Shown here in pieces: positions 1-2,862 of a stretch of DNA of 2,862 bases. The translations under genes and the position numbers were made by a program. This stretch comes from Naegleria gruberi (lineage: Eukaryota), in assembly GCA_000004985.1 (NCBI GenBank), contig GG739243.1; one strand, written 5' to 3'. Under the pieces are notes generated by a model, which ran no database searches, was not told the DNA's origin, and saw only the letters and a program-made list of their open reading frames with translations. Each line of letters starts with the position of its first letter. The first letter of the stretch is position 1.

Positions 1-3
1 TCA

Positions 4-915
4 TCAGCACAAACCATCAGGTCTGTTAATTGAACAAATGCCAACGAATCCTCTGTTGATTTCTTTTTGATTTTCTCTGTGTTGAGTCAAGAGCTTTTCA
101 TTATTGAAACAAATTCTCAACCCATTACCGAATCTCAATACTCTTTCGTGGAGTTGAGCATATGTAAACCAACGATACTTGTTCTCATATTGATCCTTGG
201 CAATTTTTCTTCTATAACCCAAACAAGGTCTATCAGCATAGGCCAATAGAGCATTATTGAGAGTTTCAGCAACGTAGGAACCTTTGGTGAGCCAATGCAA
301 ATGAGCAGGATGTTTCGAATTTTTCACCAAGAAAACATCATGAATAGGAATTGGTTTACGCTGGGCAATAGTTTCTCTTGCTTTAATCTTCCACTCCTCC
401 ACACTCTTCTTCTCCCATTCCTCCATTGAAATATTAAAATCCTCAAATTTATCACTCTCCAAACAGTGCATCTTTGGTACATTGGTTTTGAGTTTTGCCT
501 TTGAAATCATACAAACATCCTCATGTCTATCTCTATAGTATCCTTCATAAATATAAAATCTGACACCAATCTTCTTCTGATACTCTTCTCCATTCTCACT
601 CAGAGCCACTTGCAAATCGAGTGGCACAGAAGGATCAAATTTCTGTGGTTCAAATCGAAGAGCAGCCAAGAAGGCAGTCGGAACAAAACCAATATGCTTC
701 TCATTACGTGGAATATCATGATCATAGACTCGACATCCATTTCGATGAACATCACGAATATCCACTTTTTGAACCAATGCCCAACCCAAACCAGTTTCAT
801 ACTCACGAAGGAGAATCATCAGATCACCAACTTTGAGTGATATCAAACCTTCAGAATTATTTGGCTCCACTTCATAGTCAGAAACCGAGATGGCATATTT
901 AGGGAATTTGAACAT
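4..915 (-). CDS. Long-chain fatty-acid-CoA ligase (ACSL/FACS, AMP-binding superfamily), N-terminal 303 aa. Probably exon 1, with an intron donor near position 15, or a truncated pseudogene. Carries a ~170-aa N-terminal extension with an SH3-like segment.
   Basis: Continuous 303-codon ORF from an ATG at 915..913 in an A-rich context (TTAAAAAAAAATG). An in-frame TGA lies 10 codons upstream, so this is the first ATG. The C-terminal part reads ETLNNALLAYADRPCLGYRRK...YRWFTYAQLHERVLRFGNGL...GFVGICSINRPDG, matching the conserved ACSL N-terminal motifs (TLYExF...PCLGxR...YxWxSYxQV...GIFxxNRPEW). Coding-like GC and codon bias contrast with the flanks. All other ORFs inside it are shorter overlapping or antisense-frame ORFs with no recognisable similarity. 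The TGA at 6..4 cuts the AMP-binding domain short, so the gene must continue beyond the window via an intron; GGTTTGT on the minus strand at 15..9 is a possible donor. Confidence 0.8.
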   Translation of the reverse strand: MFKFPKYAISVSDYEVEPNNSEGLISLKVGDLMILLREYETGLGWALVQKVDIRDVHRNGCRVYDHDIPRNEKHIGFVPTAFLAALRFEPQKFDPSVPLDLQVALSENGEEYQKKIGVRFYIYEGYYRDRHEDVCMISKAKLKTNVPKMHCLESDKFEDFNISMEEWEKKSVEEWKIKARETIAQRKPIPIHDVFLVKNSKHPAHLHWLTKGSYVAETLNNALLAYADRPCLGYRRKIAKDQYENKYRWFTYAQLHERVLRFGNGLRICFNNEKLLTQHRENQKEINRGFVGICSINRPDGLC

Positions 916-950
916 TTTTTTTAATTGTTTCTTGAGATTTAATCAATTGA

Positions 951-999
951 TTGATTGGTTGGGTGTGTACTGGATAAATAGTGCAGGTAACACACAAGG
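951..999. promoter_or_regulatory. GT/CA-rich element cluster and TATA-like TATTTAT (minus strand, 980..972) in the 5' flank of the ACSL gene. Candidate promoter elements.
   Basis: ttgattggttgGGTGTGTACTGG (961-973) and CACACAAGG (991-999) lie 45-85 nt upstream of the minus-strand ATG at 915. On the minus strand this reads CCTTGTGTG...cacTATTTATccagtACACACCCAACC. GT/CA-rich boxes are known G-box-type elements in dictyostelid promoters. Assignment is by position and motif only. Confidence 0.25.
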
Positions 1000-1033
1000 A
1001 TAAAGTTCATAGTACAGACTGTTAGCCTTTTAA

Positions 1034-1045
1034 AACAACAACAAC
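1034..1045. repeat. (AAC)4 microsatellite.
   Basis: aacaacaacaac read directly at 1034-1045. Confidence 0.6.
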
Positions 1046-1738
1046 TATATTATTTAATTTATTAGAGAAGAACATGTTTACTTCCGAATTCATGACCAAA
1101 TTTCAAACATTATGGAATCAAGATGAAACGATTCATTCTTACTGTTTTAGTCTTGATTACTGACAAGCAACTCTGTGTAAATGCAACATTTAAACCATTG
1201 GCCTTATTATATAAAAACAAACTTACTGTATTTTCTACCTTCTTGTTATATGAATTTTCACTCCTTGCCTTTTCATTCTTTGGTAAGAAATTGGGATCTA
1301 AATATTCATTTATTCCAATGGTTGGCATTTTCAGGGGGAGACGAAGATCGAAAAAATGATGTTCTGGATGAAGAGGTTGGTTAATATCAATACAACAAGG
1401 TTACTTACTATCGATTAAAATTTCAAAGCCTTGAAAAAGTTCATTCGAGTGAAATTCAATACAATGAATATATTGATGATTGTTAGATTCATTAAGGTGA
1501 ATCATGGTTGTTTGTTTTTTTTGTATGAGTGGAAGAAACTCTGTTGAGCGCTTCTACTATTTATTCGATTTTAATTGTGTTCATGTTGTTCACAAATAGA
1601 AGGTTTGTTGTGTGTACAATGTAAACAAATCGTACATCCTTATCCAAATGAGTATGTAGTCACTCAAAAATGGAGACTGTGAAAGAACCAATTGATCAAT
1701 TTCTGATTTGGTGATAATTACGAGTGAACAATAATTTT

Positions 1739-1849
1739 CAAAGGCTTGTTCAAAAAATTTGAAATAATTTGATGAACATGAGCATTAAATTGGATTCCTC
1801 TATTAATTTCTAATCAAGAGGTTATCTTATATTGTTGTGGTGATGAAAT
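1739..1849 (+). repeat. Copy A of a diverged intergenic direct repeat. Ends in the conserved core GGTTATCTTATATTGTTGTGGTGATGAAAT.
   Basis: Aligns to 2103..2239 at roughly 75-80% identity, with two indels in copy B. The shared blocks are caaaggcttgtt / aatttgwtgaacatgagyattaaat / gattcct / ggttatcttayattgttgtggtgatgaaat. Weaker similarity extends ~50-100 nt further upstream in both copies (attgatcaatttctgatttggtgataatta vs attgaatcaatcagttaatatggtgaaaaata; tggagactgtgaaagaacc vs tggcgaaagtgagagaact). Confidence 0.7.
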
Positions 1850-1882
1850 TGATGGAAAAATCAAATGCTGAAGTGAAGTTTT

Positions 1883-1895
1883 TGTGGCGGCCACA
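1883..1895. repeat. 13-bp perfect palindrome TGTGGCGGCCACA, forming a GC-rich island within AT-rich intergenic DNA.
   Basis: Read directly: tgtggc-g-gccaca, with 6-bp arms as exact reverse complements around a central G. It lies ~35 nt downstream of repeat copy A and is the most GC-dense 13-mer in the intergenic region. Confidence 0.85.
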
Positions 1896-2102
1896 GATTG
1901 TATTTGTTCAATTATTGGTGTTCATCATTCATTCCGTTCTAACAGAGTGAGTGGACTTGTTGCCAATTTAAAATTATATCAAATCACAAATCCCTTTCCA
2001 AATCAAATCATTCGATTCTATTTTGGCGAAAGTGAGAGAACTTACGAATCTATTGAATCAATCAGTTAATATGGTGAAAAATAAACTCTGATGTTGAAGA
2101 AA

Positions 2103-2239
2103 CAAGGCTTGTTAAAAAAATATTTTGAATTGAATTTTCTCAATAATTTGTTGAACATGAGTATTAAATCTTGGTCTCATTAGATTCCTTAATTCATTTC
2201 CAATCGAGTGGTTATCTTACATTGTTGTGGTGATGAAAT
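2103..2239 (+). repeat. Copy B of the same diverged direct repeat. The 30-nt core is identical to copy A except for one Y position.
   Basis: See copy A. Copy starts are ~364 nt apart and ends ~390 nt apart. The core ggttatcttacattgttgtggtgatgaaat lies at 2210..2239. Confidence 0.7.
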
Positions 2240-2339
2240 ATCGACATTCTATTGTATTATAAAGGGTGGAGTAAATAATCAAGTGAATTACATGCTTTCC
2301 TTTTTAGAAAACATACAATCAGATGACGAAGAAGATTCT

Positions 2340-2690
2340 GATTAATTTTATTTATATTGTATTATACTATTTGTCTAAATAAAATCTATTTAAAATACTG
2401 TATTTTAATTTTTTTTAAAATTAATAAAATTTGAATAGTGCCAGAACTACACTTCTTACTTCGGCAACATCAATAAACAGCAATACAACATTGATTTAAT
2501 TAAAATGGATTTTATTTAACATAATGATAAATACTATTAAAATATATAAATTAATATTATATACATTGATTTAATTTTGTTAAAAATTAAATCCAAAATA
2601 TTATTTTTAGAAGAATTATTATTAAATTGTAATTCTTTTTTAATTCTACTTTCAAATAATTGTTCTAATTGATTAATTCTATTTTCTGTA
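2340..2690. other. Extreme AT-rich tract (~90% A+T) immediately upstream of the EGF-like exon. It is either an intron or the core promoter / 5' flank of the plus-strand gene.
   Basis: Composition read directly: long runs of a/t with only scattered g/c. It ends in a pyrimidine-rich ...ttttctgtag. The GC content differs sharply from 1400-2300 (~30-33%) and from the coding segments. Confidence 0.5.
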
Positions 2691-2695
2691 GATAA

Positions 2696-2862
2696 TTCCA
2701 TGGTTACAATGGGTTTTATGGAGATAGTTGCGAGTCCACTATTGTCATTCCATTGAATTATACTTGTTTTGGTGTGAATTTCAATGATTCCAGTGTTTGC
2801 TCTGGATTTGGAAACTGTATTTCCACTGATAATTGTACTTGTAGTGTTGGTTACTCTGGAAG
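2696..2862 (+). CDS. Partial internal or second exon encoding an EGF-like (tenascin-type) cysteine-rich extracellular repeat. Runs off the window end; the 5' boundary is uncertain (candidate acceptor AGs at 2722-2723 or 2726-2727).
   Basis: The frame with codons at 2702, 2705 and so on translates to GYNGFYGDSCESTIVIPLNYTCFGVNFNDSSVCSGFGNCISTDNCTCSVGYSG. That is 7 Cys in 53 codons with CxCxxGYxG and CSGFGNC spacing typical of EGF/tenascin-like repeats; TGT/TGC codons are rare by chance in AT-rich DNA. An in-frame TAA at 2693-2695 and no in-frame ATG show it cannot be a first exon starting here. It follows a ~350-nt extreme AT tract ending ...ttttctgtag. Confidence 0.55.

Noticed and set aside
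67-840. ORFs 67..249(+), 523..840(+), 621..836(+), 600..806(-) from the six-frame track.
   Set aside because: All lie inside the 303-aa ACSL ORF, on the opposite strand or in alternate frames. They have low-complexity or hydrophobic junk translations and no recognisable motifs. They are shadow ORFs of a real coding region.
1110-1384. Small ORFs 1123..1359(+) (MKRFILTVLVLITDKQLC..., signal-peptide-like start), 1110..1328(-) and 1181..1384(+).
   Set aside because: The three mutually overlap. Their starts have poor context, their translations are low-complexity, and none shows a recognisable domain. Only the acidic tail GGDEDRKNDVLDEEVG* of 1181..1384 looks protein-like; it is noted under findings as a possible exon or pseudogene fragment rather than called as a gene.
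1401-1408. Perfect minus-strand GTAAGTAA splice-donor consensus (plus ttacttac) suggesting a minus-strand exon ending at 1409.
   Set aside because: No convincing open frame or start lies upstream of it on the minus strand, and the nearest acceptor would give a ~45-nt, GC-containing intron. It is most likely a chance hexamer.
1884-2069. 61-aa ORF 1884..2069(+).
   Set aside because: It initiates at GTG (a bacterial-style start used by the ORF track), not ATG. An in-frame TGA lies immediately upstream with no ATG. It overlaps the palindrome and has no recognisable similarity, so it is not credible as a eukaryotic CDS on its own.
1739-2239. CRISPR array or other prokaryotic repeat-spacer structure.
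   Set aside because: There are only two copies. They are ~110-140 nt long, diverged at ~20-25%, separated by ~255 nt, and sit between two eukaryotic-type genes (A-rich start context, EGF-like exon, AT-rich intron-like tract). No cas-like ORFs are present.
1830-2341. C/D-box snoRNA hypothesis for the repeat cores. Both end in a perfect C box GTGATGA (1840-1846; 2230-2236), with CTGA motifs downstream (1867-1870; 2338-2341) and an AGATGA C'-like box at 2322-2327.
   Set aside because: In copy A the only CTGA is 21 nt after the C box, too short for a guide plus D'/C' boxes, and the next CTGA is ~250 nt away. In copy B the spacing (~100 nt) is feasible, but no terminal stem complementary to TTGTTGTGG follows the D box, and the two copies do not share downstream sequence. 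TGATGA and CTGA are common by chance in AT-rich DNA. Kept only as a remote possibility to test with small-RNA data.
2700-2756. ATG at 2700 as the start codon of the downstream gene.
   Set aside because: That frame gives MVTMGFMEIVASPLLSFH and then a stop after 18 codons. It is out of frame with the Cys-rich repeat and has no signal-peptide character.
2503-2862. Minus-strand open frame across the window's 3' end (...SRVTNTTSTIISGNTVSKSR...MELSTENRINQLEQLFESRIKKELQFNNNSSKNNILDLIFNKIK...).
   Set aside because: Its translation is low-complexity and N/K/I-rich once it enters the AT tract, as expected from AT-rich noise. The plus-strand frame over the same bases has a dense, correctly spaced Cys pattern (EGF-like) that is very unlikely by chance, so the plus strand is preferred.

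Overview
This window looks eukaryotic rather than prokaryotic. It is AT-rich, has an A-run immediately 5' of the start codon, contains a ~350-nt ~90% AT tract, and encodes an EGF-like cysteine-repeat exon. It resembles a social-amoeba-type or other AT-rich protist genome, although its codon usage (Leu TTG, Gly GGT, Arg AGA) is not that of D. discoideum, which favours TTA for Leu. I see two divergently oriented protein-coding genes with a ~1.8-kb region between their starts and no obvious gene inside it.

- **Minus strand, 915..4.** A 303-aa ORF starts at a well-contexted ATG (TTAAAAAAAAATG). Its C-terminal ~130 aa read directly as the N-terminal part of a long-chain fatty-acid-CoA ligase (ACSL/FACS, AMP-binding family; PCLGxR ... 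YxWxTYxQ ... GxxGIxxxNRP motifs). The first ~170 aa are an extension that looks SH3-like.
- **ACSL ORF ends mid-domain.** The ORF stops at a TGA at 6..4, inside the conserved AMP-binding region. This is most likely exon 1 followed by an intron running off the left edge, or else a pseudogene.
- **Plus strand, ~2696 to the window end.** An open frame encodes a tenascin-type EGF-like Cys-rich repeat (CxCxxGYxG pattern) with no in-frame ATG, so it is an internal or second exon.
- **Region between the two genes.** It is unusually long and relatively GC-rich for this genome. It contains two diverged direct repeats (~110-185 nt) sharing a near-perfect 30-nt core, a GC-rich 13-bp perfect palindrome, GT/CA-rich motifs and the extreme AT tract.

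I see no prokaryotic defence, CRISPR or mobile-element system here. The items most worth a second look are the SH3-like/ACSL fusion, the intergenic repeat family and the exon structure of the EGF-like gene.
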